A stretch of 41,331 bases of DNA from a virus, in IMG/VR virus record IMGVR_UViG_3300045988_081349, positions 1 through 41,331 of that record, one strand, 5' to 3'. The notes beneath the pieces were generated by a model. The model was not told the origin of the DNA, made no database searches, and saw nothing but the letters and a program-made list of their open reading frames with translations. Numbering within the stretch: position 1 is the first letter of the stretch; each line of letters starts with the position of its first letter. The translations under genes and the position numbers were made by a program. This document shows positions 23,581-33,900 of the stretch, one piece after another.

Positions 23581-23581
23581 T

Positions 23582-23965
23582 ATGTACACTCCATATGCAG
23601 ACTCTGCGTATTACACGGATATCTACAATGGCAGCCTGCTGTCGGATGCTGACCGGGAACGGTATTTGAAACAGGCTTCCAGGCATATTGATTCCCTGAC
23701 CTACAATCGTATTGTGGGCCGGGGATTTTCCAGTTTGACACCATTTCAGCAGGACATTGTGCAGGAAGTGTGCTGCCAGCAGGCAGACTTTGAGTATCAG
23801 AACCGGGAAATCTTCGACATGATCCTGCAGGGATACCGTATCAATGGAGTGTCTATGCAGTTTGGGGAATCCTGGAACGTAACAACGAACAAGGGAATCC
23901 CCATGCGGCGTGATGTATATGAGCAGCTCTGTCAGACAGGCTTGTGCTGCAGATTGTTGAGGTGA
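23582..23965 (+). CDS. Head-tail connector (gp6-like) protein
   Basis: The call rests on position and size; the N-terminus reads YTPYADSAYYTDIY...DRERYLKQASRHID. The start may be the GTG at 23573. Confidence 0.55.
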   Translation: MYTPYADSAYYTDIYNGSLLSDADRERYLKQASRHIDSLTYNRIVGRGFSSLTPFQQDIVQEVCCQQADFEYQNREIFDMILQGYRINGVSMQFGESWNVTTNKGIPMRRDVYEQLCQTGLCCRLLR

Positions 23966-23970
23966 TGCCT

Positions 23971-24306
23971 ATGTATCCATGTTTGGTGCCTGAATGGGCT
24001 TGTACGACAGACATCCATGTAACTATATACAGCGAAGGCCTGAATGAAAATGGCGGCCCGGAGGTGGCTTTTGAGGATGACTTGCGCTGTAATTATCAGG
24101 ACAGCGCAAAGACGGTCATTGACAAAGAGCAGAAATATGTGCAGTTGTCTGGGACGGCCCTCTTTCGGGGGGATATTGCCCCGGCTGTTGCCGTTATCTC
24201 CGGTGGCACTGTCCGGGTATTTGGTGAAAAACGCAATATCCTGCAGGGGATGAAAGCCAGGAACCCGGATGGCAGCGTAAACTACACGAGGTTGGATATC
24301 GTATGA
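23971..24306 (+). CDS. Head closure / neck protein
   Basis: The call rests on position. GAGGTG lies 6 nt upstream of the ATG at 23971. Confidence 0.5.
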   Translation: MYPCLVPEWACTTDIHVTIYSEGLNENGGPEVAFEDDLRCNYQDSAKTVIDKEQKYVQLSGTALFRGDIAPAVAVISGGTVRVFGEKRNILQGMKARNPDGSVNYTRLDIV

Positions 24307-24785
24307 TTAATGTTAATTCTATTATAAAGATGGACTGGGGCCGCATACAGGCTCTTACAGAGGCCCAGGTGACAGCCTTGGAGCAAACGGCGGAGTACCT
24401 GCATACAGAGGTGGTACAGGCCCAGGTGATGCCTTTTGATGACCCCAGGGTAGAAGAATACAAGGTATATGGTAAGCGCGGTCAGTTTGCTAAAAATGGC
24501 CGTGAGTATAAGGGCAAAATAAAGAAGCGTACCCTGCGTGGAGGACATCTTCAAAACGACAGCACCTTTGTTGATTATTCCAGGTGCAAATCTGGTAAGG
24601 CAACACTGGTTTCAAGCACGCCATATGCAAGACGTTTATATTTTCACCCAGAATATCATTTTGATAAAGGTGAAAACCCTCATGCTAAAGGCAAATGGCT
24701 GGAAGATTGGCTTCCGGGAGGAAGTAAGGACGAGGACTGCCAGAAGGCATATAAGCAGATATATAAAATGATTACGGGGGTGTGA
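24303..24785 (+). CDS. Neck / tail-completion (minor capsid-like) protein
   Basis: A 160-aa ORF. The call rests on position, and the start overlaps the previous stop. Confidence 0.5.
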   Translation: MINVNSIIKMDWGRIQALTEAQVTALEQTAEYLHTEVVQAQVMPFDDPRVEEYKVYGKRGQFAKNGREYKGKIKKRTLRGGHLQNDSTFVDYSRCKSGKATLVSSTPYARRLYFHPEYHFDKGENPHAKGKWLEDWLPGGSKDEDCQKAYKQIYKMITGV

Positions 24786-24787
24786 GT

Positions 24788-25180
24788 ATGGAATTGGCAG
24801 ATATCAAGGACTGGATCAAGACGCTGGGAGTAGGAGATCACTTCTACATTGGGAAATTGGAGAATAAGAAAGAGCGGTCTATAGGTGTCTATCAGCGTCA
24901 GATTTCTGGCGGCGCAAATATAGCCCTGGGCGGCCTGGACAACACAAAGACGGCCAGTAAAGCTGTATCTATCTTAATCCATTGGGATAAATATGCCAAT
25001 GAGACAGAGGAGGCAGCCCAGGCCCTGTATGACAAGCTTTTACATGTAACAGATTTGGAGATTGCCGGAAAACACGTGGATTACCTGCAGTTGGATGTGC
25101 CGGAACCCATTGACGTGGGAACGGATGATAACGGCGTGTATGAGCGTGTGATCTGGCTGACTTTACACTATGAAAGGTAG
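24788..25180 (+). CDS. Tail terminator / neck protein
   Basis: The call rests on position immediately before the major tail gene. Confidence 0.5.
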   Translation: MELADIKDWIKTLGVGDHFYIGKLENKKERSIGVYQRQISGGANIALGGLDNTKTASKAVSILIHWDKYANETEEAAQALYDKLLHVTDLEIAGKHVDYLQLDVPEPIDVGTDDNGVYERVIWLTLHYER

Positions 25181-25188
25181 GTAGAAAA

Positions 25189-25644
25189 ATGTCAGGAAAG
25201 ACAGGAAAGACAGGAGTATATCCTTGTTATAAAAACCAGTTCCAGGTAGGGGATACTAAAGAAGGGGCGACCTCTATTGCGGATATGGAAACATTTAGCG
25301 TCAAATTTGACAATGGAGTAGAAGAATGGTATCCCTTCGATACAGAAGGATGGGCGCGCAGGCTGGCAACAGCGAAGAGCATCACCATATCTGTATCCGG
25401 GAAAAGAAATATCGGGGACACAGGAAATGACTATGTATTTAATAAGACTTTCAAGAATGGGCGAGACGCAGAGGGCTACTTCGGCTGGACATTCCCGGAT
25501 GGGACAGTGATTTCTTGGGATGCTGCAGTATACAACATTACAAATACAGGTGCAGGCAAATCCACAGAGGTTGGACCGCTGGAGTTTGACGTCATGAGTA
25601 ACGGCAAGCCGACAGTAACATTACCATCAGGAGGTGGCGCATAA
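25189..25644 (+). CDS. Major tail protein
   Basis: A 151-aa ORF located upstream of the chaperone pair and the tape measure. Confidence 0.6.
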   Translation: MSGKTGKTGVYPCYKNQFQVGDTKEGATSIADMETFSVKFDNGVEEWYPFDTEGWARRLATAKSITISVSGKRNIGDTGNDYVFNKTFKNGRDAEGYFGWTFPDGTVISWDAAVYNITNTGAGKSTEVGPLEFDVMSNGKPTVTLPSGGGA

Positions 25645-25940
25645 TGAGTAAAATAGTTGATATTACAGACAAACTCGCTTTTGACGAGAATCCTAAACTG
25701 GTCATTAAGGGCAAGGAGCTGGAGGTAAATGCAGACGCTGCCACTGTCCTGAAGATTATGGGAATCCTGGGGGATGGTGACAACGTGCAGCCCAGTGATG
25801 TAGTAAAAATGTATGAGCTGATCTTCGGCGATACGGACCGCAAGAAAATTGATAAGATGAAACTGCAGTTTTCGGACTTCCAGACGTTGGTCTTTTCGGC
25901 CATCAGCCTGATTACCGGCGAGGAAGAATCGGGAGAGTGA
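25644..25940 (+). CDS. Tail assembly chaperone (G-like)
   Basis: A 98-aa acidic product, the first of two small ORFs before the tape measure. Confidence 0.6.
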   Translation: MSKIVDITDKLAFDENPKLVIKGKELEVNADAATVLKIMGILGDGDNVQPSDVVKMYELIFGDTDRKKIDKMKLQFSDFQTLVFSAISLITGEEESGE

Positions 25941-25956
25941 TGACCCGTACTACGAC

Positions 25957-26280
25957 TTGATAGATGATTTTGGACTTATCATATCATCTTTTCAGACGCA
26001 GTACGGGATTCGTGTTTCCAAAGAGCTTCAGACCATGAAATGGGACGAGTTTAAAGACATGCTGTCCGGCCTGGGTCCCGATACACCGCTTGGCCGGATT
26101 GTGTCTATCAGAGCCGAAGATGACCCGGAAATTTTGGAGTATTTTAGCCCGGAGCAGAAGCGCATCAGAATGGAATGGCGGACGCGCAGGGCAAAAGCAA
26201 TGTCTCAAGAGGATATGGAGGGATTTCTGGAATCCATGAAGCAGGCTCTTATCTATGCGGCAGGAGGTGAGCGAGGGTAA
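25957..26280 (+). CDS. Second tail-chaperone ORF (Gp15-like)
   Basis: A 107-aa ORF with a TTG start and no RBS. Its frame is open from 25912, overlapping the end of the previous ORF. Confidence 0.5.
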   Translation: MIDDFGLIISSFQTQYGIRVSKELQTMKWDEFKDMLSGLGPDTPLGRIVSIRAEDDPEILEYFSPEQKRIRMEWRTRRAKAMSQEDMEGFLESMKQALIYAAGGERG

Positions 26281-28911
26281 ATGGCACAGAGTGTAGGCCA
26301 GATCGGACTTGACCTGGTGGTCAATAAAAATCAATTTGAGAAACAAATATCAGGCATCACAAACCTGGCAAAAAAGGCAGGTGTAGCCCTTGCGTCTGCC
26401 TTTGCAGTCAAAAAACTTGTGGATTTTGGTAAGTCATGTATTGAGCTTGGCTCAGACCTGGCCGAAGTCCAAAATGTCGTTGACGTCACCTTCCCGTCTA
26501 TGACAGCGCAGGTAGATTCTTTCGCCAAGAATGCGGCAGCAAGCTTCGGCCTATCCGAAACAATGGCAAAAAGGTTTACCGGTACATTCGGGGCTATGGC
26601 CAAGGCTTTCGGATTTTCCGAGAAGCAGGCCTATGACATGAGCACGACTCTGACGGGTCTGGCTGGCGACGTGGCGTCCTTTTACAATATCAGCCAGGAC
26701 GAAGCGTATACAAAACTTAAATCCGTATTCACGGGTGAAACTGAGACCTTAAAGGATTTAGGCGTCGTAATGACCCAGAACGCCCTGGACGCCTATGCAA
26801 TGGCCAACGGTTGGGGTAAGACCACCCAGGCCATGAGTGAGGCAGAAAAAGTAGCCCTGCGGTACCAGTTTGTGCAGGATCAGTTGTCGGCGGCAACCGG
26901 GGATTTTGTACGGACGTCAGATTCATGGGCTAACCAGGTCAGGGTCTTGAAGCTTCAGTTCGACAGTTTAAAGGCAACTTTGGGGCAAGGGCTTATAAAT
27001 GTCCTGACCCCTGTCCTTAAGGTGCTGAATCAGCTGCTGGCGAAATTAATGACCGTTGCATCGGCATTTAAGTCCTTCACGGAAATGCTGACAGGAAAGA
27101 AAGCAGAAAGTGGTTCTGGTTTTAAGGATACGGCGTCTGACTTGTCGGTGGCTGCAGGCGCAGCAGATTCTCTGACAGATTCCACGGAGGGCATAGGAAA
27201 GGCAGCCGAGAAGGCATCCAGAAGCCTGATGGGCTTTGACAAGATTAATAAGCTGCAGGATAAGAATGCCAGTGGCACCGGAGGCGGCGCAGGAGTTGGC
27301 AGCATGGACTTTGGCTCTTTGGCTGAAGGAGATAACATAATTGATCAAACGAATCAAAAGATGGATGGCCTGGTCTCAAAATGTCACGAGTTGGCTTCGC
27401 TTTGTAAAAAAGGTTTTGTCATTGGGTTCGGAAACAGCCAACAAAAAATAGAGTCTATAAAGCAAAGCATTAAAGGTATAGGTCAGTCTTTCAAAGATAT
27501 ATTAACCGACCGAGAGGTTGTAAGCGCAGCTGAAAATCTTTTTAACACTATGGTATTTAATGCCGGAAGAGCTGCCGGGAGTATGGCGAGTATGGGTGTC
27601 ACTATCGCTGATAACCTGATAGGCGGTATAGACGGCTATTTGAAAGGGAGCAAAGATTATATTAAATCCAGACTGATATCTATTTTTAATGTGAGCAGTG
27701 AGATATCGGATCTGGCAGGGGATTTGAATGTTGCGCTTGCCGATATATTTTCAGTTTTTAGTGGTGACAATGCGAAAAGCATCACTTCAAGCTTGATAGG
27801 AATCTTCAATGATGGGTTTCTTGGAGTTATTGACATTGCAGGACGGTTTTCACGTGATATTATCAATACGATTGTCCAGCCTATTGTTGACAATAAAGAC
27901 AAAATCAAAGAAGCTATTGACAATACATTGGCGCCAATTTCTGAATGCCTTGGCACGCTGCACCAGGGCGTAAAAGATACATTTGAAAAAATGAGCCAAG
28001 TGTATGATGAGCATATACAGCCTATGTTTCAAAGTATTGCGGATGGAATCTCAGAGATAGTCGGTACGCTGCTTGATGGATATAACGAGTATATCGCTCC
28101 CGTTTTAGATAAGCTATCAGATAAATTCCAAAATGTGTGGGAAACATCTGTACAGCCCATGCTGGATAAGGCAATAGAGCTATTTGGAAAATTGGCTGAT
28201 TTGATAAAGGTGGTTTGGGAAAATGTATTGCAGCCGGTGGTGAACTGGATAGCAGAGCATGTTATGCCTGTTCTAGCACCCGTGATTGAAGGTATTGGAA
28301 ACAAATTCCTGAATATGCTGGAAACAATTTCAGATGTCTTTAATGGTTTGTTTGATATATTAGGTGGCGTTATTGATTTTATAACAGGAGTGTTCTCAGG
28401 AGATTGGGAAAAAGCCTGGAATGGGATTAAAAATATATTTAAAGGCGTATGGGAAACTTTCGCTGCAATAGCTAAAAAACCAATAAACGCAGTTATAGAT
28501 TTACTAAATAAGCTGATAGGCGGCTTGAATAAAATCAAAGTTCCAAGCTGGGTACCTGGACTAGGGGGAAAAGGCATTAACATTCCAAAAATCCCCAAGC
28601 TGGCACAAGGCGGTTTTGTGAAAGCTAACACCCCGCAGCTTGCTATGATAGGCGATAACCGCCATTACGGTGAGATCGTAGCCCCCGAAGATAAACTGCA
28701 GGCTATGGTCAATACAGCGGTCAAGGCCGTGGCAGGATCTGGTGGTGTTAGTAAAACAGAGTTGGAATCCATCATCAACAGTGCGGTGACAAGGTTCATC
28801 GCCGCAGTCGGGAAAATGGGATTTTTCGTGGACGGCGAACTTTTGGCCAGGGCACTTGACAGAGCGCTGGAAAATGCAAAGTACCGTCAGAATCCGGTAG
28901 AGGTGACATAA
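26281..28911 (+). CDS. Tape measure protein
   Basis: An 876-aa helical, repeat-rich product. Examples of the periodicity are ..VQPIVD.., ..IQPMFQ.., ..VQPMLD.. and ..LQPVVN... It occupies the canonical position. Confidence 0.9.
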   Translation: MAQSVGQIGLDLVVNKNQFEKQISGITNLAKKAGVALASAFAVKKLVDFGKSCIELGSDLAEVQNVVDVTFPSMTAQVDSFAKNAAASFGLSETMAKRFTGTFGAMAKAFGFSEKQAYDMSTTLTGLAGDVASFYNISQDEAYTKLKSVFTGETETLKDLGVVMTQNALDAYAMANGWGKTTQAMSEAEKVALRYQFVQDQLSAATGDFVRTSDSWANQVRVLKLQFDSLKATLGQGLINVLTPVLKVLNQLLAKLMTVASAFKSFTEMLTGKKAESGSGFKDTASDLSVAAGAADSLTDSTEGIGKAAEKASRSLMGFDKINKLQDKNASGTGGGAGVGSMDFGSLAEGDNIIDQTNQKMDGLVSKCHELASLCKKGFVIGFGNSQQKIESIKQSIKGIGQSFKDILTDREVVSAAENLFNTMVFNAGRAAGSMASMGVTIADNLIGGIDGYLKGSKDYIKSRLISIFNVSSEISDLAGDLNVALADIFSVFSGDNAKSITSSLIGIFNDGFLGVIDIAGRFSRDIINTIVQPIVDNKDKIKEAIDNTLAPISECLGTLHQGVKDTFEKMSQVYDEHIQPMFQSIADGISEIVGTLLDGYNEYIAPVLDKLSDKFQNVWETSVQPMLDKAIELFGKLADLIKVVWENVLQPVVNWIAEHVMPVLAPVIEGIGNKFLNMLETISDVFNGLFDILGGVIDFITGVFSGDWEKAWNGIKNIFKGVWETFAAIAKKPINAVIDLLNKLIGGLNKIKVPSWVPGLGGKGINIPKIPKLAQGGFVKANTPQLAMIGDNRHYGEIVAPEDKLQAMVNTAVKAVAGSGGVSKTELESIINSAVTRFIAAVGKMGFFVDGELLARALDRALENAKYRQNPVEVT

Positions 28912-29268
28912 ATGGCAGATATTTTAAGATCAGGAGGCGTGGTGCTGCCGGCACCCGTCTCCATTTCCGTTAATGACGAGATCATATGGACCTCCGACAC
29001 GGGCCGTACAATGGACGGGACGATGGTCGGAGACCCGGTTGCGAATAAAAAGACTGTAAGTATCAAATGGGGTGTGCTCCCGGAATCAGATGTAGCGCTT
29101 ATCAAGCGGACACTGGTGGCAGGCTTTTTCCCCTTCACCTTCCGGGATGATGGTATCAATGTAACGATAGAAGTATACCGGGGGACCATATCCAAAGAAC
29201 AGATAGGCCGCCTGGGGGACGGGATATTTTGGTACCGCAGTGTTACGGTGGATATTATACAGAGGTGA
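28912..29268 (+). CDS. Small tail protein (distal-tail position)
   Basis: A 118-aa ORF immediately after the tape measure. It is shorter than typical Dit proteins. Confidence 0.5.
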   Translation: MADILRSGGVVLPAPVSISVNDEIIWTSDTGRTMDGTMVGDPVANKKTVSIKWGVLPESDVALIKRTLVAGFFPFTFRDDGINVTIEVYRGTISKEQIGRLGDGIFWYRSVTVDIIQR

Positions 29269-29272
29269 TGAC

Positions 29273-31294
29273 ATGGTAAGGACAAGTATGGATTACAGAC
29301 GGGCTGTTGTACAGGACAGGATATTTCATGTGCGGGCAGTGATGCAGTTCCCGGATGGGACAGAGATAGTATTAACAAATGCGGATCTGATGTCGGATGG
29401 TCTGACTATCAAGACAGGCGTATCCAGTACAGACAGCTTTGATATTGGTTCGGCATCTATTGTGGAGTGCACGCTGCGCCTGGACAATGCAGACGGGCGG
29501 TATAATACCTACGATTTTGAGGGTGCAGAACTGAATGTAAAGGTTGGCCTGCAGCTATCAGAGGACAAGATCGAGTGGATACCAAAGGGCATATACACGG
29601 CAGAGCCGGGAAAATTTACGGGTGCGGTCATCTCTGTCACAGCTTATGACAACATGGCGAGATTTGACCAGCCATATACAGACAGCAGATTAAAATATCC
29701 GGCTACACTGGGGCAGATTGTAGCCGATGCCTGCAGTGTCTGTGGCGTGGTACAGGCATCCGCGGATTTCCCGAACCGCAATTTTACGGTAAAGGAACGG
29801 CCTGCCGATGAAGCACTGACCTTCAGGCAGGTGCTGACATGGGTGGGGCAGATAGCCTGCCGTTACTGGAAGTGTGACGCATATGGCCGGTTGACGTCAG
29901 GATGGTATGACACTGCCGTATTTGGGCGTCACAAGGGCATGGATGGCGGCGTGTTTGACGATGGAACCCCGTCTTATCAGACTGGTGACAGTGCAGATGG
30001 CGGCAGTTTCCTGCCTTGGACAGATGGAGACAGCCTGGATGGGGGAACGTTTGACAGTTTACAGGAATACCACCATTTATATGCCTTAAACAGTATAAGT
30101 GTTGCTACAGATGATGTGGTGATAACCGGGATCAAGGTGACAGAGGCACAAGACACCACTGTACAGGATGCCCCGGCGTCATATATGACAGGTGTGGAAG
30201 GTTATGTGCTGGAGATAAAGGATAATGATTTTATCCGTAAGGGTAGCGGTAAGACGGTCGCTGATTATTTAGGCGGCTGCCTGATAGGGATGAAATTCCG
30301 CCCAGTGTCTATCTCTTGCCTGTCAGACCCTGCCATAGAAGCAGGAGACCCGGCAATCGTGACAGATTATAAGCAGAACACCTATCAGTGCTATATTACA
30401 AATACCACCTACCAGACAGGTAATTATCAGTCGGTATCCTGTGATGCAAAAACACCGGCCCGTAACAGTGCATCCAGGTTTACAGAGGCTACACAAGCCT
30501 TTGTAAAGGCAAAGAAAAATACTAAAGTACAGATAAATGAGTATAACAAAGCGGTGCAGGCCCTGACCAGTTTAATCACTCAGTCTTTTGGTGTATATAA
30601 GACGGAGGAAAAGCTGGAGGATGGCAGCACCATTTTTTATATGCATAATAAACCCACTTTAAAGGGTTCCGACACCATTTGGAAGATGACAGCAGATGCT
30701 TTCGCAGTATCTACAGATGGAGGTAAGACTTGGAATGCGGGGATGGACAGCAAAGGCAATGCGGTGGTCAATGTCCTGTCGGCTATTGGTATCCGTTTTG
30801 ACTGGGCAAAGGGCGGTACTCTGACATTGGGCGGAGAAAAGAATGTGAATGGTGTGCTGCGCATTTTGGATGCCTCTGGAAAAGAGATAGGCGTTTGGGA
30901 CAGGAATGGTGTGAGGGCATCAAATGTTGATTTAGAAGGAACGTTCAGCAATGTTAATGAAAAAGGGAGAGGAGTAAAAGTTGAAAAGGTTGGTTTGCAT
31001 TCCTATAGTAATAACGAAGAGATAGGTTCTATTGCGATTTTGCCTGTGGTAGATAGTAATGGAAACAATATTGGAAAAGATTATATGGAATTCAAACTCA
31101 AAGGCAAAAACAGTAGTTATGAGTTCTACATTGGAGAAAGCGGTAAACCAGTTTTACAATTTAACAATACTGGTATGGCAATTCCTAAAATACAAGGGTC
31201 AAAGACCGGTAGGGCAGAATTTTCAGATGGGACATATTTGACTTTTAATAATGGGATACTGACAGGAGGTAATGCAAAAGGAGGGGCATTTTAA
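29273..31294 (+). CDS. Tail tip / baseplate hub (Tal-like minor structural) protein
   Basis: About 673 aa, starting at MVRTSMDY with RBS AGAGGTGA. The call rests on position after the TMP and the small tail protein. Confidence 0.6.
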   Translation: MVRTSMDYRRAVVQDRIFHVRAVMQFPDGTEIVLTNADLMSDGLTIKTGVSSTDSFDIGSASIVECTLRLDNADGRYNTYDFEGAELNVKVGLQLSEDKIEWIPKGIYTAEPGKFTGAVISVTAYDNMARFDQPYTDSRLKYPATLGQIVADACSVCGVVQASADFPNRNFTVKERPADEALTFRQVLTWVGQIACRYWKCDAYGRLTSGWYDTAVFGRHKGMDGGVFDDGTPSYQTGDSADGGSFLPWTDGDSLDGGTFDSLQEYHHLYALNSISVATDDVVITGIKVTEAQDTTVQDAPASYMTGVEGYVLEIKDNDFIRKGSGKTVADYLGGCLIGMKFRPVSISCLSDPAIEAGDPAIVTDYKQNTYQCYITNTTYQTGNYQSVSCDAKTPARNSASRFTEATQAFVKAKKNTKVQINEYNKAVQALTSLITQSFGVYKTEEKLEDGSTIFYMHNKPTLKGSDTIWKMTADAFAVSTDGGKTWNAGMDSKGNAVVNVLSAIGIRFDWAKGGTLTLGGEKNVNGVLRILDASGKEIGVWDRNGVRASNVDLEGTFSNVNEKGRGVKVEKVGLHSYSNNEEIGSIAILPVVDSNGNNIGKDYMEFKLKGKNSSYEFYIGESGKPVLQFNNTGMAIPKIQGSKTGRAEFSDGTYLTFNNGILTGGNAKGGAF

Positions 31295-31306
31295 GGAGGA
31301 AGAAAT

Positions 31307-32314
31307 ATGGCACTTACGATAAGCAATGCCTATTTAACAACATCTCAGATGGCAGGAAATGCCCAGTATGTTGCGGATTACCTCATATCCAGAGGCTGGA
31401 CACAGAACGCCGTTGCGGGAATACTCGGAAATATGCAGCGCGAGTCCACACTCAACCCTGGGTTATGGGAATCCCTTATTTACGGCAATATGTCAGGTGG
31501 ATATGGCCTGGTGCAGTGGACACCGGCAACGGGTTACACATCATGGGCGGATGCCAGGGGATATCCCTGGGGAAATAATATGGGCAATCCGACAGCGTAT
31601 TTTAACGGCCAGTTGGAATGTATTTTATGGGAAGTGGCAAACAACCAGCAATGGATCGCCACTTCCTCTTTTAATTTCTCGTTTTCCGCGTTTACCAAGT
31701 CTACACAGGCTCCTGAATACCTGGCGGAAGCTTTTATGCGGAATTATGAAAGACCCGGGGTACTGGCACTAGAGGAAAGAAGGCAGAATGCACGGTACTG
31801 GTTTGAAAACCTGACCTATGGAAGCTCGACGGTTATCAAAAATGCTGTGGAATGGGCGATCGCAATCGCGAATGATAATTCTCACGGATATTCACAGGCC
31901 AATCGCTGGGGGCCGGATTACGACTGCTCCTCACTTTTGATATCGGCGTGGCAACAGGCTGGTGTCCCGGTTAAAGATAAGGGAGCGTCATACACTGGTA
32001 ATATGTATGACGCGTTTATTGCCTGCGGATTTCAGGATGTGACAAATAGTGTAGATATGGCATCCGGGAGTGGCATCATATACGGTGATGTGCTCCTTAA
32101 TCACGTTAACCATACAGCAATGAGCATTGGTAATGGCAGGATGGTACAAGCATCATCAAATCGTGGCAACCCGCAGACAGGGGACCAGGATGGCACAGAA
32201 ATATGGACATGCGGTTATCATAACTATCCCTGGGACTGTGTGCTGCGTTATCCAGGCGGCAGTACGCCACCGACACCCACGGGGGTGTCACTGGTGCGCT
32301 GGATACCAGGGTAA
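31307..32314 (+). CDS. Tail-associated peptidoglycan hydrolase (tail lysozyme-like N-domain plus NlpC/P60- or CHAP-like C-domain)
   Basis: The N-domain contains AGILGNMQRESTLNPGLWE..GYGLVQWT. The C-domain contains PDYDCSSLLISAWQQAG...HTAMSIG (a Cys/His peptidase pattern). Confidence 0.75.
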   Translation: MALTISNAYLTTSQMAGNAQYVADYLISRGWTQNAVAGILGNMQRESTLNPGLWESLIYGNMSGGYGLVQWTPATGYTSWADARGYPWGNNMGNPTAYFNGQLECILWEVANNQQWIATSSFNFSFSAFTKSTQAPEYLAEAFMRNYERPGVLALEERRQNARYWFENLTYGSSTVIKNAVEWAIAIANDNSHGYSQANRWGPDYDCSSLLISAWQQAGVPVKDKGASYTGNMYDAFIACGFQDVTNSVDMASGSGIIYGDVLLNHVNHTAMSIGNGRMVQASSNRGNPQTGDQDGTEIWTCGYHNYPWDCVLRYPGGSTPPTPTGVSLVRWIPG

Positions 32315-32340
32315 GGGTAAGGGTAAGGAGGTGAACCAAT

Positions 32341-32976
32341 ATGGCGATACAGGATAGGCGGGGCGATTTTGACCACTTTGACCCCCAGAAGATGCTGCCA
32401 GGGGAATGGGCAGTTGTACTGAGGGGAGACCCGAATGTGTGGGATGGGAAGGCAACGTATGTATGCTTTTCCGCCGGAGTTGTGAAACGCCTCATGACAG
32501 AGGAAGACCTGACCATAGAGTTAGACGAGCGGACACAGGAGATCATCAACAGGCTTGTCGGTGAGGTTGGGGCGGCTGTAAAAGATGCGGTGGAAGCAAC
32601 GAAATACGCTAACAATGCCGGACAGCTTGCCAATACACAAGCACAAGCAGCAGAGGCTGCCGCAAACCGGGCTAACGCTACTGCCGACGACTTGGAGCGG
32701 CGCAGACAGGCTGGGGAGTTCAATGGCCCGCAGGGGCCACAGGGTCCAATAGGTCCGACCGGCCCGGCAGGCCCGCAGGGACCGCAAGGTATCCAGGGAC
32801 CAAAAGGAGACAAGGGAGATAAAGGTGACCGGGGTGGGGATGCTGCAGTTGTAGAGAGCAAAGGTGTCTATGCCTTCCAGGTGCGGGGAGACGGACATCT
32901 TTATATAGTATACGCTGGCGCAGATGCCCCGGGATACAAAATAGATGATAATGGCCATCTGGTCATGATCTTATAA
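32341..32976 (+). CDS. Collagen-like repeat tail fibre protein 1
   Basis: A Gly-X-Y tract spans 32725-32835 ([37 protein letters not shown]). The C-terminus has the GDGHLYIVY motif. Confidence 0.75.
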   Translation: MAIQDRRGDFDHFDPQKMLPGEWAVVLRGDPNVWDGKATYVCFSAGVVKRLMTEEDLTIELDERTQEIINRLVGEVGAAVKDAVEATKYANNAGQLANTQAQAAEAAANRANATADDLERRRQAGEFNGPQGPQGPIGPTGPAGPQGPQGIQGPKGDKGDKGDRGGDAAVVESKGVYAFQVRGDGHLYIVYAGADAPGYKIDDNGHLVMIL

Positions 32977-32990
32977 GGAGGTAGAGAATT

Positions 32991-33869
32991 ATGCCCGAAC
33001 TTGATTTAGGCAATGTGATGGGACCGCAGGGGCCGAAGGGAGCTACAGGAGCGACCGGCCCTCAGGGTCCGGCAGGTCCAGCAGGCCCAACAGGTCCGCA
33101 AGGACCGAAGGGGGATAAAGGTGATGTAGGGGCCACAGGGCCGCAAGGGCCACAAGGGCCGACTGGCAAAGTGGATGCGTCTACCCCTATCGCGTTTTCA
33201 GACGCGACATCCAGGGAGACATTGGTCACGGAAAATTCCATAGCGGTGTTGATCGGAAAGATATCCAAGTGGCTAAAGGATATGAAGTATCTTGCATTTA
33301 ACCGCGTGATTGATTTAGAAAATAAGGTTACACCTGTTGATACGGATGCTTTTTTGGTGGAAGAGTTTTCAGGGACTGGTAAAAAGATGTTATTTTCAAA
33401 TCTCTTTACACATTTAAAAGAACAAATGACCACGTCGATATATCCAATCGGCAGTATATATATATCGGCGAATGCGACGAATCCTGAAGAACTTTTTGGG
33501 GGAACATGGGAGCTATTTTCTCCAGGTAGAACCCTTGTTTGTGTAGATACCAGCCAGACAGAATTCAATACGGCCGAGAAAATTGGTGGTAGTAAGGAAC
33601 TACAGTCTCATACACATAGTTTCAGCGCTACTACAGGGTCAGCAGGTGCACATACTCACAATCTAGACAGGATAGGCGCATTGACAAATGATTCAGATTC
33701 ACATAACCGATATTTTATGACGGGTACTTCAACATCAGGGAAAATACCCACTTCGTCTAGTGGTGCACATACACATAAGGTTTCAGGGACATCAAGAAGT
33801 TCAGGTACAGGAAATGCAAAGAATTTACAACCATATATTACATGCTATATATGGAAGCGGACAGCATAA
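32991..33869 (+). CDS. Collagen-like repeat tail fibre protein 2 with HTH-triad C-terminal domain
   Basis: A Gly-X-Y tract spans 33021-33167. The C-domain contains IGSIYIS..NP..LFGGTWE and repeated SHTHS / GAHTHN / GAHTHK motifs, typical of fibre tips. Confidence 0.75.
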   Translation: MPELDLGNVMGPQGPKGATGATGPQGPAGPAGPTGPQGPKGDKGDVGATGPQGPQGPTGKVDASTPIAFSDATSRETLVTENSIAVLIGKISKWLKDMKYLAFNRVIDLENKVTPVDTDAFLVEEFSGTGKKMLFSNLFTHLKEQMTTSIYPIGSIYISANATNPEELFGGTWELFSPGRTLVCVDTSQTEFNTAEKIGGSKELQSHTHSFSATTGSAGAHTHNLDRIGALTNDSDSHNRYFMTGTSTSGKIPTSSSGAHTHKVSGTSRSSGTGNAKNLQPYITCYIWKRTA

Positions 33870-33900
33870 TTTTCAATGTTAGAAGAAAAGAGGTAAAAAT

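Noticed and set aside
28029-28631. 200-aa minus-strand ORF inside the tape measure gene
   Set aside because: It has no RBS and lies entirely within a strongly supported 876-aa gene. Its low-complexity Ser/Pro/Ile-rich translation is typical of antisense frames.
31359-31772. 137-aa alternative-frame ORF inside the tail lysin gene
   Set aside because: It has no RBS and lies entirely within a domain-verified gene. The translation is Arg/Pro/Ser-rich, as expected of an off-frame read.
32106-32861. 251-aa minus-strand ORF, with similar minus-strand ORFs at 33062-33568 and 36225-36446
   Set aside because: They are shadow ORFs opposite Gly-X-Y coding repeats. GC-rich triplet repeats lack stops on the complementary strand. 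These ORFs have no RBS and overlap well-supported fibre and lysin genes.
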